DNA of 61,734 bases, counting the filler, from a bacterium (lineage in GTDB: Bacteria; JALSQH01): NCBI GenBank assembly GCA_026985515.1. It is 9 parts of 9 records of this genome, joined end to end, with 100 filler letters (N's around TTAATTAATTAA, not from the genome) between each part and the next. Parts side by side here need not be neighbours in the genome. Positions count along the whole stretch, not along the records: positions 34,603 to 41,347 come from JALSQH010000245.1; positions 41,448 to 48,155 come from JALSQH010000246.1; 7 more parts are not named here. One strand, written 5' to 3'. This document shows positions 35,438 through 46,804 of this stretch, in pieces. Position 1 is the first letter of the stretch, and every line of letters starts with the position of its first letter. The translations under genes were made by a program, and so were the position numbers. The notes below the pieces were generated by a model that saw only the letters and a program-made list of their open reading frames with translations, was not told the DNA's origin and searched no databases.

Positions 35438-37822
35438 TTATTGACTGATATCAACTATCCTGTACCTTATATCTGTTTTCCCATTCTCAATCTGCTCCCA
35501 TGCCACAATCAGTTTATCTTCACCCATAAATTTAACGGCGGGTCTGCTGGCCTGCGTCATTCTTGAAATTCTGATTCTTTCTCCAAATCCGTCATTTTCT
35601 CTGACTTTCATATAGATCACCCTCTCACCCTCAAAGTAACCCTGCCACACCACAGCGACCCTCCTTCCAGAGGGTGAAAAATCAATATCGGGAAACCAGG
35701 CGGGTCCATCATCCACAACTTCAGAAGTTTTAATCACACCATTTTCATACGAAGTAAATCTTATGGCAGGCATTGGATATTTCCCTCTGCCCCTGACATC
35801 TGCCCACGCAAAGTAAAATCTTCTTCCACCACCATACCTTACCACCGGGTCAGAGTGCAATCGTTCAATTTTATCCCCCGCATCATCAACTCTGAAATTT
35901 TTCCCCGCAATTTCCGTCACAAAATCTGCGTAAATATCCCAGGAAAAGTTTCTGAAATCTATCCAGGAAACCATGTAACCATCATCCCCCACTGCCACAG
36001 AAGGGGAAAAACTGCTGTCCATGTGATCCGAAGAAGGTCCTTCCTCATCCACCCTCAACCACATAGAAAAATCATTCCCTCCATCCTCACTTACAGAGAG
36101 ATAGATCCTCTCCTCACCCGTACCATAACCTACCCACGCAACGGCTACTCTATTCCCTCTACCATCAATTGAAGGAATCCATTGATGAGCATCTTCACCG
36201 GCAGGGCTACCTACATCAACTTTCCTGAATTTCTTCCCATCCACACTGAATGAGACAACGGTACTGTAGCTACTTCCCCTCTTTTCTTCCCACACAATAA
36301 ACAACCTTCCAGCAGTGAAAACAATTCCTGGTCTTCTGCCCCCATACCCCGATACAGGAAGCACATCTTCCACTTTTCCATTTTTAACAACTGTTAGATA
36401 AACCCTCTCTCCTTCACTCTCCCTGCCGGAAAAAGCGATAAAAACCCTACCATCAGGGGAAGTTGCCAGTGCGGGAAACCTCTCATAATCCACCACATCT
36501 ATCTTTTCTCCAGAAGGAATGGAAGAATCAACAAGTGCCTCTGAAGGAGAGGGCAATTTAAAAGTCAGATCAGCAATCAGAATACCTTCTTTATACCTGT
36601 TCTCGTAAGAGCTTCCAGAACCCGGGGCAAGCTCTTCTGCATACTTATTTAAAATTGCCCTCCTCTCATCAAGACTCAACTCAGGGTCAGTGACGCCCGG
36701 ATCAGGGAAAGCCCATGGAGACACATAGTAAAAACCATAATCCTTCTCCTGTCCCACAAATGAATTCAGAGTATCGGAGTGAGATGACTTTTTGACAATA
36801 TGCGTTTGCCCATCAAAGACAATATCAAAAAAATTCCCGTTGAGCATGGGAACACCAGAGTAAAGGATTGATGGAAACTTCTGAACATCATTCCATGAAG
36901 ATAATTTCACCACCGTTGGATACCATCCCCCATAGGGATCATAACCCCAGCCCTGAAAAGCTTCAGGTTGAAGAAGAAGATTCACCCCCTCAATATCAAG
37001 CCTTTCCAGGACATCAGGCATCCAGGCATCTTTGCTTATAACAATCCCGACAGTGGCAAAGGGCAGCGAAACAGGCTGGATTTTTGATATTTCTCCGGGG
37101 GTCATCTGGAGCGTCTCATATTCATCTGGAACAAGGTAAATTTTCGGCCTCACAGCAATAATTTTTCCATGAGGGTCAAAAACCACAGCCATGTTGTAAA
37201 CCTTTTCTAATGCCGCTGTAAATACATATCCATACGACTCCCTTCCAAACAACTTCACAATATCTGGTGAATCAGTTTTCTTCACATCTCCCGACACATT
37301 TACAGTGGCAACAACATACACCCCGTACCTCTTTGCAATGTAACCAAAGGTCTCAACCAGACTCCTCCACGCATTATCAGTTAGAGAAAGTAAAAGCAGT
37401 CTCTGAAAAGGAGCATCAGGATAGATGGATCTGTAAAAATTTATCTCGTCAGAATAGGCTGCGGACAGTTTCAGCATTGCAGAGGTAGAATCCCCAGACT
37501 CCCTGGCATCTTTACCCTTATCTCCTATGAAGGCAGCCACAAGGGAGGTGTCTTCGGGAAAGACAAGAAGATTTGGGACTTTTTTCGATAAGCATCCCTT
37601 AATTTTTTCTACTTCAGAAACATATGCCTTTTTAAAACTATCAAAGGATTGTGCCTCATCCATGGAAAATTTGTGACCAATGGTAAATAACCTGACCTTT
37701 GTATCCGCCTTCCTTGAAAAATGGATGGGACAGGCTGCCTTCTCTTTCCCTTTACTGCATGAGGAGAAAAGAAAAAGTAAACCGAGAAAAAAGATAAAAA
37801 GAAAATGGGTAATCTTTCTCAT
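35438..37822 (-). CDS. Lipoprotein: nitrilase/carbon-nitrogen hydrolase-like domain fused to a beta-propeller (BNR/sialidase-like) domain
   Basis: Lipobox LFSSC; LLVFPE, YNMAVVFDPHG...PKIYL, GIVISKDAW; Asp-box SEDGGNDF and repeated xVxW strands. Confidence 0.7.
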   Translation of the reverse strand: MRKITHFLFIFFLGLLFLFSSCSKGKEKAACPIHFSRKADTKVRLFTIGHKFSMDEAQSFDSFKKAYVSEVEKIKGCLSKKVPNLLVFPEDTSLVAAFIGDKGKDARESGDSTSAMLKLSAAYSDEINFYRSIYPDAPFQRLLLLSLTDNAWRSLVETFGYIAKRYGVYVVATVNVSGDVKKTDSPDIVKLFGRESYGYVFTAALEKVYNMAVVFDPHGKIIAVRPKIYLVPDEYETLQMTPGEISKIQPVSLPFATVGIVISKDAWMPDVLERLDIEGVNLLLQPEAFQGWGYDPYGGWYPTVVKLSSWNDVQKFPSILYSGVPMLNGNFFDIVFDGQTHIVKKSSHSDTLNSFVGQEKDYGFYYVSPWAFPDPGVTDPELSLDERRAILNKYAEELAPGSGSSYENRYKEGILIADLTFKLPSPSEALVDSSIPSGEKIDVVDYERFPALATSPDGRVFIAFSGRESEGERVYLTVVKNGKVEDVLPVSGYGGRRPGIVFTAGRLFIVWEEKRGSSYSTVVSFSVDGKKFRKVDVGSPAGEDAHQWIPSIDGRGNRVAVAWVGYGTGEERIYLSVSEDGGNDFSMWLRVDEEGPSSDHMDSSFSPSVAVGDDGYMVSWIDFRNFSWDIYADFVTEIAGKNFRVDDAGDKIERLHSDPVVRYGGGRRFYFAWADVRGRGKYPMPAIRFTSYENGVIKTSEVVDDGPAWFPDIDFSPSGRRVAVVWQGYFEGERVIYMKVRENDGFGERIRISRMTQASRPAVKFMGEDKLIVAWEQIENGKTDIRYRIVDISQ

Positions 37823-37878
37823 AAATACCTCCCCGTTAAAGATATCTTACTGGAAGGTAACGGAAATTACAAGGAGGC

Positions 37879-38712
37879 TTATCTCACTCTCATATGCCTG
37901 TGGGGATCAATAAGAAAATCATAGTTGTACTTATCCCACTTTTCTCTGAGATACTTTCTGGCAATGGGAAGGGTCCTCATGGTCCATCTTTTGATCAGGA
38001 GTTCATACCAGGTCCTGGGATGAATGGATGGTATTTTTGAAAGGAATTCATCAGCAAGTTTGATATTTCCACGTGCTGCCTCAAGTTCGGCCAGGTACAT
38101 ATAGATATGGGCAAAATCAGGTGATATGGACATAGCTTCATAGAGGTACTTACTCGCCTTATCCATACTACCAAAACTTAGTGGAAAAGGTGGAAGCTTG
38201 AAGTAAAGGCGTCCCAGTACCTGACACGGCATTGCATAGTAGTATTTCTTATCAATTCTGTAAGCCTTTAAAGCAGCATCTCTCATATCCTTTGCAAGAC
38301 TGAGTACATTTAAAACTCCTATGGTGATTCCATATATACCAAGGAAGATGGACTTTCTGATCCACCCATCTGGATGATCAGGAAATTTTTTTATAGTTTC
38401 CTCAGCGTATTTTAACCCTATTTTTGCATACATCGCTTTTCGATCAACAGGAGCAATATCCCAGAGGATATACATGTAACTGTTGCGAAGAATGTAAAGT
38501 TCTCTTGAATCTGGATGGAGTTTTAAAGCCTCATTTATTCTGTGGATAATTCCAAGCACATACTTTTCATCCTCAATTTTTTGCAAATTCACTGCTATCT
38601 TTGAGCCAATGGGCCTGTTTAAATCGTAGAGTTTAAAGCTGACATTTCCACCCCACAAAAGAAAGGGGAAAGTAGCTGAGATAAAAATAAAAACAACTCT
38701 TATTCCTTTCAT
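37879..38712 (-). CDS. Exported TPR-like protein (TRAP T-component-like), paralog of 46805-47617
   Basis: Signal-like N-terminus; PDGW...AYRIDK...LGRLYFKLPPFP..G. Confidence 0.6.
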   Translation of the reverse strand: MKGIRVVFIFISATFPFLLWGGNVSFKLYDLNRPIGSKIAVNLQKIEDEKYVLGIIHRINEALKLHPDSRELYILRNSYMYILWDIAPVDRKAMYAKIGLKYAEETIKKFPDHPDGWIRKSIFLGIYGITIGVLNVLSLAKDMRDAALKAYRIDKKYYYAMPCQVLGRLYFKLPPFPLSFGSMDKASKYLYEAMSISPDFAHIYMYLAELEAARGNIKLADEFLSKIPSIHPRTWYELLIKRWTMRTLPIARKYLREKWDKYNYDFLIDPHRHMRVR

Positions 38713-38828
38713 AAACAGGAACCGATTTTATATTATCACTTTTCTGAAGGGAAACAAGAAAATTGTTGCCTTGTCTAAAAACTGGAAAGAAGTAAAATAA
38801 AAGTCAAATTAAGGAGAAACAGGCGAAA

Positions 38829-41347
38829 ATGATAGGCAAAATCATTCAAAAAATATTTGGAACAAAAAGTGAGAGAGAAATAAGAAAACTCAGGCCCATT
38901 GTGGCAAGAATAAACGAACTGGAGGAGAAGTACTCTAAATTCTCAGATGAAGAGTTAAGGCAAAAGACCATCGAGTGGAAAAATAAGATTGACCAGATAA
39001 GAAGAGAGGCACAATCTGCAGGCAAAAGTGAGGATGAAATTATTAAACTTGAAAACCAGTTTCTGGATGAGATCCTGCCAGATGCTTTTGCAGTGGTGAG
39101 GGAAGCCTCCAAGAGAACGCTGGGGATGAGGCACTTTGACGTTCAGCTAATCGGCGGTATAGTTCTTCATCAGGGTAAAATCGCTGAAATGAAAACGGGT
39201 GAGGGGAAAACCCTCGTGGCTACCCTTCCCGCATATCTCAATGCCTTAACAGGTAGAGGTGTACATGTGGTCACTGTAAACGACTACCTTGCGAAGAGAG
39301 ACGCTGAATGGATGGGAAGGATCTACAAATTTCTTGGACTCTCCGTGGGGGTAATTGTTTCAGACCTCTCAAATCCTGAAAGGAAAAAGGCCTACAATGC
39401 AGACATAACTTACGGAACCAACAATGAATTCGGCTTTGATTATCTCAGGGATAATATGAAATACAGGCTTGAGGATTATGTTCAGAGGGAACTGAATTAT
39501 GCAATCATCGACGAAGTTGACAGTATTTTAATAGATGAAGCAAGAACACCCCTTATCATATCTGGTCCATCTGAGGAATCAACTGAACTCTACTACAAAA
39601 TAAATTCTATAATTCCACTTTTGAAAAAAGATGTGGATTACGAGGTTGATGAGGAACACAACACAGCATACCTTACAGAAGAAGGGGTCAAAAAGGTTGA
39701 AGAACTTCTGGGTATAGACAATCTTTATGCCCCTGGCAATGTTGACATTGTTCACCACGTTAACCAGGCTCTAAAAGCCCACACTCTCTTTCAGAGGGAT
39801 AGAGACTACATTGTAAAAGATGGTAAGGTCATAATAGTGGATGAATTTACCGGCAGATTGATGCCTGGAAGGAGGTGGAGCGACGGACTACATCAGGCCA
39901 TTGAGGCAAAGGAGGGGGTCAGAATAGAAAGTGAAAACCAGACCCTTGCAACCATCACCTTCCAGAATTACTTCAGAATGTACAGAAAAATCGCTGGAAT
40001 GACGGGAACAGCCGCCACCGAAGCAGAGGAATTCTATCAGATTTACAAACTTGAAGTGATAGTCATTCCCACCAACAAACCGATGATAAGAATAGACTAC
40101 CCGGATGTAATCTACAAAACAGAAAAGGAAAAATTCAAGGCTGTGGTGGATGAAATAGAACGATTGTACAAAATAGGCAGACCTGTTTTAGTTGGAACAA
40201 CAAGTATTGAGAAATCTGAATACCTGAGCAAGCTGCTCAAAAGGAGAAAAATTCCCCACAATGTTCTCAATGCAAAACATCATGAGAGGGAAGCGGAGAT
40301 AGTTGCTCAGGCAGGCAGATTGAAAGCAGTAACAATTGCAACCAATATGGCTGGTAGAGGAACTGATATTATTCTGGGTGGCAATCCTGAAATGCTGGCA
40401 AAAGTCGAGTTGAAAAAGAGAGGTATTGATCCAACCCTTGTAAAGACCTATCTTCCGAAAGAAGAGTTAACTGAAGAAGAAAGGGAAGCCACAGAATTAT
40501 TTGAAGAACTCTACAGAAAATTCAAAAAGGAAACTGATGAGGAGCACAAAAAAGTTGTGGAGCTGGGGGGTCTTCACATCATCGGAACGGAAAGACATGA
40601 ATCAAGAAGGATAGACAACCAGTTGCGGGGAAGAGCCGGTCGTCAGGGTGACCCGGGGTCCTCCAGATTCTACCTCTCTCTTGAAGATGACCTTCTGAGA
40701 ATATTTGGAGGAGAAAGAATAGCAAAGATAATGGATAGACTTGGAATCGAAGAGGGAGAACCCATTGAACACAGAATGATCTCCAAAGCAATTGAAAATG
40801 CTCAAAAAAGAGTGGAAGCGCAAAATTTTGAAATCAGGAAAAATCTCCTTGAATACGACGATGTAATGAATGAACAGAGAAAAGTGGTTTATCAGGAGAG
40901 AAGAAAGATACTGGAAGGAAAAGAGGTAATAGATAGCCTCAAATCAAGTGTTGAAGATGTAATAGATGAACTTCTGGATGCATATATTCCACCCAAAAGC
41001 AAGCCACATGAATGGGACATAAAGGGACTCGTTGAAGAGTACAGGAGGATCTTTAACATTGAACTCCCCTTCACAGACTTTGAAGATACTTCCTTCACAA
41101 GAGATGATATAAGAGAAACTCTTCTGAGCCATGCACTTTCAGGTATCGATGAAAAAATCCAGCTGGTTGGCGAGGAAGGGGTAAAGCAACTCGCAAGATA
41201 CATAATGCTCACCACCCTGGATAACCTGTGGAAGGACCACCTTCTCATCATGGATCACTTGAGGGAGGGGATAGGACTGAGAGGGTACGGTCAGAGGGAC
41301 CCGCTGGTAGAGTACAAAAAAGAGGGATTTGAACTTTTCCAGCAGAT
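38829..41347 (+). CDS. secA: Preprotein translocase ATPase SecA, 3' truncated
   Basis: [60 protein letters not shown]. Confidence 0.98.
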
Positions 41348-41447
41348 NNNNNNNNNNNNNNNNNNNNNNNNNNNNNNNNNNNNNNNNNNNNTTAATTAAT
41401 TAANNNNNNNNNNNNNNNNNNNNNNNNNNNNNNNNNNNNNNNNNNNN
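41348..41447. other. Artificial contig linker
   Basis: N-run with TTAATTAATTAA. Confidence 0.99.
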
Positions 41448-42651
41448 TGATAGCTGCGAGAACAACTATGCCCATCTCATGTTTAAGCACGAAATAACCT
41501 ATACCATCAAGAAATTTTTCCAGCCATAGCGGTGCGTGACCTCCCGTTTTTACCTTTACTTTTTGCTTGAGGAAGGTGAGTATGGGTGGAACCAGAAAGA
41601 GAGTCAGCAGAAGTGAAAAGATTATACCTATGGCGGCAAAGAGTCCAAAATCCTTTATGGATAACATTGATGCTGTTATCATTGATATGAAACCTACGAA
41701 GGTTGTTAATGCTGCAAGAAGAATGGGAACACCCGTTTCAGAGAATGCCTTTTTTATTGCTTCATTTTTGCTAAGGCCTGCGATACTTTCTTCGTTGTAC
41801 TTGTTGAGCAGGTGGATTCCATAAGCTGTTCCCGTTGCAAGAAGTATGACGGGTAGAGAATTTGTAATTATTGTTATTGGCTTGTGAACCCATCCCATCA
41901 AACCAAATGTCCAGAGAATTGCAATAAAAACAACCCCAAGTGGAATAAACACCCCTCGCAGTGATCCAAAACTGAGATAAAGAACTATCATTATTACGAG
42001 AAATGTAAGTGGAGTGAGTTTCCTCATATCTTTTCTTATCATTTTCGCCGAATATTCCATAACAAGGGGGAAACCGGAATAGTAAATTTTTTCATTGCCC
42101 TTTATTTCATCAACAATTTTATAAATTTCTCTGGCAACTTTGATCTTATCCGCATCATCCCTGAGTTTAATCATAATAATTGTTGCAGTACCATCAGCAG
42201 AAACTATTTTTCCCCTGTACATTTCCCTGGAGAGAATATATTTTCTTTTCTTCTCAAGTTCCTCCCTGTTTTCTGGAATGGTGGGAAAAAGGTCTCTGAC
42301 TTCAATTCCCTCCGGTGTTTTCCTTATATCCATCATGTTGATGATGCTTGTAACTCTGCTTACGCCTTTTATTCTTGAAAATCTGTCCTGAAGTTTCTTG
42401 ATTCTCTGGAGTGTTTCGTAGTTGAAAATGTCATTTGTTTTGATACCGACCATTGCTATATAGTTAGAACCAAACTTTTCACCTGCATAGTTGAACAATT
42501 TGACCACCGGATCATCAGGTGGTAATGAATGGGTAAAATCACTATCAATGGTGATAAATTTGAAACCAGCGAGAAGAAAAATTGTTACTGCCACTGTGAA
42601 AAGAAGAACAACTCCCCTTCTCCTCACCACAAACTCGCCAAGTTTTTTCAT
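41448..42651 (-). CDS. MMPL/RND-family transporter, 3' truncated
   Basis: TM1, periplasmic loop, five TMs; GTAYGIHL, PILLAALTTFVGFISM, IKDFG. Confidence 0.85.
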
Positions 42652-43223
42652 CTCCCGTCTCCTTTTTCAATTTCTTTAAATGCTGTAAAGAGGGTCCTGA
42701 AATGATTTACCACTTCATCTTCATTGAAATTTTTAATGATAAGAAGATTGTTGATTCCAGATATGACGAAAAACAGACTGTCTGTCAGAGCATCAGGATC
42801 ATAGGAGGCGTCATATTCATCCTTTATCTGAACAAGAATCTTTTTCAGCCTCTCTTTTGCCTTTTTTTCTTCCTGTTCTATGACTTTTTCAATTACCGGG
42901 TAAATTTCAATGAGGTCAGAAAATGTGATCCTGTACATGTTTTTCTTGGTGAGGATCCTTCTTACCAGAAAAATGAGCACTTCCTCAAGCTTCTCAATTC
43001 CGGGAAGATCTTTTGCAATTATCTCTTCTATGAGCCTCCCGGTCTCCTCCGCCTCTTTTCTGGCAACATGGGCAACTATTTCATTTTTGCTTTTGAAGTA
43101 CTTGTAGATGGTGGAGTGTGAGACGCCAGTTTCCCTTGCAATATCATCAATTGTAACTTTTTTGTATCCATATTTTTCCAGGAGCTGTGAGGCTTTTTCA
43201 ATTATGGATTTTCTTATGTCCAT
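42648..43223 (-). CDS. TetR/AcrR-family regulator
   Basis: GYKKVTIDDIARETGVSHSTIYKYFKSK HTH. Confidence 0.92.
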   Translation of the reverse strand: MDIRKSIIEKASQLLEKYGYKKVTIDDIARETGVSHSTIYKYFKSKNEIVAHVARKEAEETGRLIEEIIAKDLPGIEKLEEVLIFLVRRILTKKNMYRITFSDLIEIYPVIEKVIEQEEKKAKERLKKILVQIKDEYDASYDPDALTDSLFFVISGINNLLIIKNFNEDEVVNHFRTLFTAFKEIEKGDGR

Positions 43224-43226
43224 AAC

Positions 43227-43301
43227 CTGACCATTTTTATTTTTTCAGTCAGAAATTATACCAGGAATCACTTTGCTGTCAAGAATTTTCTGGTATAATT
43301 T
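43227..43301. promoter_or_regulatory. Divergent tetR/rfbA promoters with candidate TetR operator
   Basis: CTGAC-N16-GTCAG at 43227-43252; minus-strand TTGACA-16-TATAAT; both -10 boxes read CTGGTATAATTT (43253-43264 and 43290-43301). Confidence 0.55.
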
Positions 43302-43323
43302 TCAAAAACTGGTGGAGGATGAG

Positions 43324-44208
43324 ATGAAGGGAATAATTCTTGCCGGTGGAAGTGGAACAAGGCTTTATCCTGTTACAAAGGTGCTTAATAAACATCTTCT
43401 CCCCATTTACGATAAGCCCATGATTTACTACCCCATGACCACCCTTATGTTTATGGGTATCAGGGACATTCTCATAATTTCCACTCCAAAGGATATTGAC
43501 AGCTTTTCTGAACTGTTTGGAAATGGAGAGAAACTTGGGTTGAGAATCGAGTATGCTGTGCAGGAAGAGCCGAGAGGAATAGCGGAGGCACTGATAATCG
43601 GGGAAAATTTTGTGGGAGATGATTCAGTTGCTCTTATCCTCGGAGATAATATTTTCTATGGTCATGATCTACCAAAGTTACTGAAGGAAGCGGCGGAGGA
43701 AAATGAGGGTGCAACTGTTTTTGGCTACTATGTGAGGGATCCTGAAAGGTTTGGAATAGTGGAGTTTGATGAAAATTTCAATGTGAAATCCATTGAGGAA
43801 AAACCTTCAAAGCCAAAGTCAAATATAGCAGTTGTGGGACTTTATATCTACGACCACAGAGCTGCTGAAATTGCCAGAAAAGTTGAGCCATCTGATAGAG
43901 GAGAACTTGAAATAACCAGTGTCAACCAGATTTATCTTGAGGAGGGAAGGTTAAAAGTTAAAATACTTGGAAGAGGATTCGCGTGGTTTGATGCCGGCAC
44001 TCATGAGGCATTCATTGAATCCTCCAATTTTGTGAGAACCATTGAAGAGAGGCAGGCATTCAAAATAGGCTGTGTTGAAGAAGTTGCCTACCGGATGGGG
44101 TTCATAAATCTGGATCAGCTGGAAAAACTTGCTCTTGAGCTTAAGAAGAGCAGTTACGGTGAGTATCTGATGAGGATTGTTGAGGAGGAAAAATCACGGA
44201 TCAGATAG
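43324..44208 (+). CDS. rfbA: Glucose-1-phosphate thymidylyltransferase
   Basis: [51 protein letters not shown] puts the start at 43324. Confidence 0.95.
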   Translation: MKGIILAGGSGTRLYPVTKVLNKHLLPIYDKPMIYYPMTTLMFMGIRDILIISTPKDIDSFSELFGNGEKLGLRIEYAVQEEPRGIAEALIIGENFVGDDSVALILGDNIFYGHDLPKLLKEAAEENEGATVFGYYVRDPERFGIVEFDENFNVKSIEEKPSKPKSNIAVVGLYIYDHRAAEIARKVEPSDRGELEITSVNQIYLEEGRLKVKILGRGFAWFDAGTHEAFIESSNFVRTIEERQAFKIGCVEEVAYRMGFINLDQLEKLALELKKSSYGEYLMRIVEEEKSRIR

Positions 44209-44901
44209 ATAGTTCATAAGAATCTCTGCTATTCTCAGATCCCCAGGATATGTAATTTTAATGTTGGCGGGATCTCCCTCTACAATTACAACTTTTCCAG
44301 ATGAATATGCTCTGAAAATTGAAGAGTCATCTGGAAACTCTTTTCTTCCATCAGACAGTGCATTTAAATGGGAAGCAAAAATTTCAGTAAAGTTAAATCC
44401 CTGGGGTGTTTGTATAAGGTAAAGCCCTTCGCGGGGAATGTACTCTTTAATGGTTGAATCCTCTGCTTTTACGAGAGTATCTCTCACTGGAATTGCAGGA
44501 ACGACTCCTCCTGCACCATTTTCCAGGGAAACAATCACCCTCTCAATCAGTTCACGAGAAACAAGGGGCCTTGCCGCATCGTGAATCAGAACATGTTCGG
44601 GGTTAAAATCCTCTGCTTTTTTCAGCCCGTTATACACACTGAGCTGTCTCGTTTCCCCGCCTGAGACAATTATAATTTTTTTTGTAAAATCGGCTTTTAA
44701 AAGAATTTCTTCCATTTTATCCCTGAACTCATTTACGATGACAACCACTATGCCATCAATTTTTCTGCATGAGTCAAAGGCACTTATTGTCCATTCAATA
44801 ATTTTTTTCCCTTTTATCTCCATAAATTGCTTGGGTATTCTGTTTCCCACTCTTGTTCCTCTACCACCTGCCACAATAATTGCAATGTTTTTCATTGTCA
44901 T
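44194..44901 (-). CDS. ispD: 2-C-methyl-D-erythritol 4-phosphate cytidylyltransferase (IspD/TarI family)
   Basis: [42 protein letters not shown]. Confidence 0.88.
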   Translation of the reverse strand: MTMKNIAIIVAGGRGTRVGNRIPKQFMEIKGKKIIEWTISAFDSCRKIDGIVVVIVNEFRDKMEEILLKADFTKKIIIVSGGETRQLSVYNGLKKAEDFNPEHVLIHDAARPLVSRELIERVIVSLENGAGGVVPAIPVRDTLVKAEDSTIKEYIPREGLYLIQTPQGFNFTEIFASHLNALSDGRKEFPDDSSIFRAYSSGKVVIVEGDPANIKITYPGDLRIAEILMNYLSDP

Positions 44902-44980
44902 TATACTAATTCCCTGATAAAGTTATTATCTTGAAAAAGAGTTTGATTTGCAAAAAGCTTTCGCCTTACAGGAGGATCTG

Positions 44981-45589
44981 ATGGAGCGACACATTTATGA
45001 GCACAAACATAAGGTTACAAGGGAGGACAGGAGCAGGATTAAAGGCCATAAACCCTTCGCTTTGTGGTTCACCGGCCTATCCGGGAGCGGGAAATCCACC
45101 CTTGCAAATGAGGTGGAGTATATTCTCAATAAAAAGTATCGGGTCCATACATACCTGCTTGACGGGGATAACATAAGGAAGGGTCTGAACAGGGATCTCG
45201 GTTTTTCACAGAGGGACAGGGAGGAAAATATAAGGAGAATCAGTGAAGTTGTGAGGCTTTTTGTGGATGCAGGTCTGGTTGTACTTACTGCTTTTATTTC
45301 ACCATACAGAAAGGATAGGGCATTTGCCAGAAGTTTGCTGAATGAGGGTGAGTTTATTGAAATTTATGTGAAGGCACCACTGGAGGTCTGTGAAAGCAGG
45401 GACCCGAAGGGTCTGTATAAAAAGGCGAGAGCAGGTGAAATTAAACAGTTTACAGGGATAGATGATCCATACGAGGAACCTGAAAATCCGGAAATTGTGG
45501 TTGGAACAGATAAACTCTCAGTGGAAGAGAGTGTGGATGTGATACTTGGTTATCTTTTAAAGAATGGCTACATAAAGTCGGAGGTGTAA
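44981..45589 (+). CDS. cysC: Adenylyl-sulfate kinase
   Basis: WFTGLSGSGKST, LDGDNIR, RDPKGLY, FTGIDDPYE; AGGAGG RBS before ATG 44981. Confidence 0.95.
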   Translation: MERHIYEHKHKVTREDRSRIKGHKPFALWFTGLSGSGKSTLANEVEYILNKKYRVHTYLLDGDNIRKGLNRDLGFSQRDREENIRRISEVVRLFVDAGLVVLTAFISPYRKDRAFARSLLNEGEFIEIYVKAPLEVCESRDPKGLYKKARAGEIKQFTGIDDPYEEPENPEIVVGTDKLSVEESVDVILGYLLKNGYIKSEV

Positions 45590-45590
45590 A

Positions 45591-46742
45591 ATGATAAATC
45601 CCCATGGTGGTAAATTAATAAACAGGATTATGGATGAGGAGAAGAGAAGCGAAATTCTCTCACATGCGGAAAATTTTTACAGAATAAAGATACCCTTCAG
45701 ATATGCTTCAGATTGTGAAATGATTGCAAATGGGGGTTTTTCCCCTCTCACTGGCTTTATGAACAGAGAAGAAGCGGAATCTGTGATTGAGAAAATGGAA
45801 CTACCCGATGGAACACTCTGGGCTATACCCATTGTTCTTCCTCTGACTGAAAGGGACTTTGCATCCGTCACGGAAGGGGATAAAGTGCTTCTTGAAGATG
45901 AGAATGGCAGAATTATCGCCCTAATGAAGGTGTCTGAAAAATTTTCCCTTGATCTGGAAAACTACGCTGAGAAGGTGTACAAAACCAGAGACACGGCTCA
46001 TCCGGGTGTGAAGGCACTTTTTGAAAGGGGAAATAAGTTTATTGGTGGTGAGATTGAACTGGTAAATAGACCCCAGAGAGAAGATATTGATGAAAAATAT
46101 TTTCAGGATCCGGCAGAGACAAGGAGGGTGTTTGAAGAGAAGGGGTGGAAGAAGATAGTTGCCTTTCAGACCAGAAACCCTATTCACAGGGCCCATGAAT
46201 ATCTCATAAAAACTGCACTTGAGGCGAGCGATGGAGTTTTGATTCATCCTCTCGTGGGTGAAACAAAACCTGACGATGTACCTGCTCCTGTCAGAATGAA
46301 AGCGTATGAAGTGTTGATTGAAAACTATTTTAACAGGGATCACATTCATCTCAGCGTCCTTCCTGCCACCATGCATTATGCGGGACCAAGAGAGGCGGTG
46401 CATCACATGATAATGAGGAAAAATTATGGCTGTACCCACATGATAATTGGAAGAGACCATGCAGGAGTTGGAGATTACTACGGTACATATGAGGCACAGG
46501 AGTTTGTGGAGAAGTACGTTGATAGACTGGAGATTGAACCGTTGAAATTTGAGCATGCTTTTTACTGCACGAAGTGTGAAAATATGGCAACAAGTAAGAC
46601 CTGTCCTCACGACAAAGAGTATCATGTTTTTCTCAGCGGAAGACAGGTCAGAGCAATGTTGAGGGAGGGAAAAAAGCCACCAAAGGAGTTTACGAGACCG
46701 GAGGTGGCTGAAGTCCTGATGGAGTGGGCAAGGGGTCTGTAA
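45591..46742 (+). CDS. sat: Sulfate adenylyltransferase
   Basis: PHGGKL, GGFSPLTGFM, FQTRNPIHRAHE, YAGPREA, GRDHAGVG. Confidence 0.96.
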   Translation: MINPHGGKLINRIMDEEKRSEILSHAENFYRIKIPFRYASDCEMIANGGFSPLTGFMNREEAESVIEKMELPDGTLWAIPIVLPLTERDFASVTEGDKVLLEDENGRIIALMKVSEKFSLDLENYAEKVYKTRDTAHPGVKALFERGNKFIGGEIELVNRPQREDIDEKYFQDPAETRRVFEEKGWKKIVAFQTRNPIHRAHEYLIKTALEASDGVLIHPLVGETKPDDVPAPVRMKAYEVLIENYFNRDHIHLSVLPATMHYAGPREAVHHMIMRKNYGCTHMIIGRDHAGVGDYYGTYEAQEFVEKYVDRLEIEPLKFEHAFYCTKCENMATSKTCPHDKEYHVFLSGRQVRAMLREGKKPPKEFTRPEVAEVLMEWARGL

Positions 46743-46804
46743 GACTTTTCTTTTTCTCCATTTTGTATTATCATTATTCCAAACAAGAGAGTGGAGGTGT
46801 TGTT

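Noticed and set aside
41348-41447. Apparent secA-MMPL and other cross-linker gene neighbourhoods
   Set aside because: The genes are on different contigs, so adjacency is not biological.
45921-46625. 234-aa antisense ORF and the many other shadow ORFs (e.g. 49249-49788, 50813-51289, 58842-59312)
   Set aside because: They lie opposite or out of frame within well-supported genes and have no motifs.
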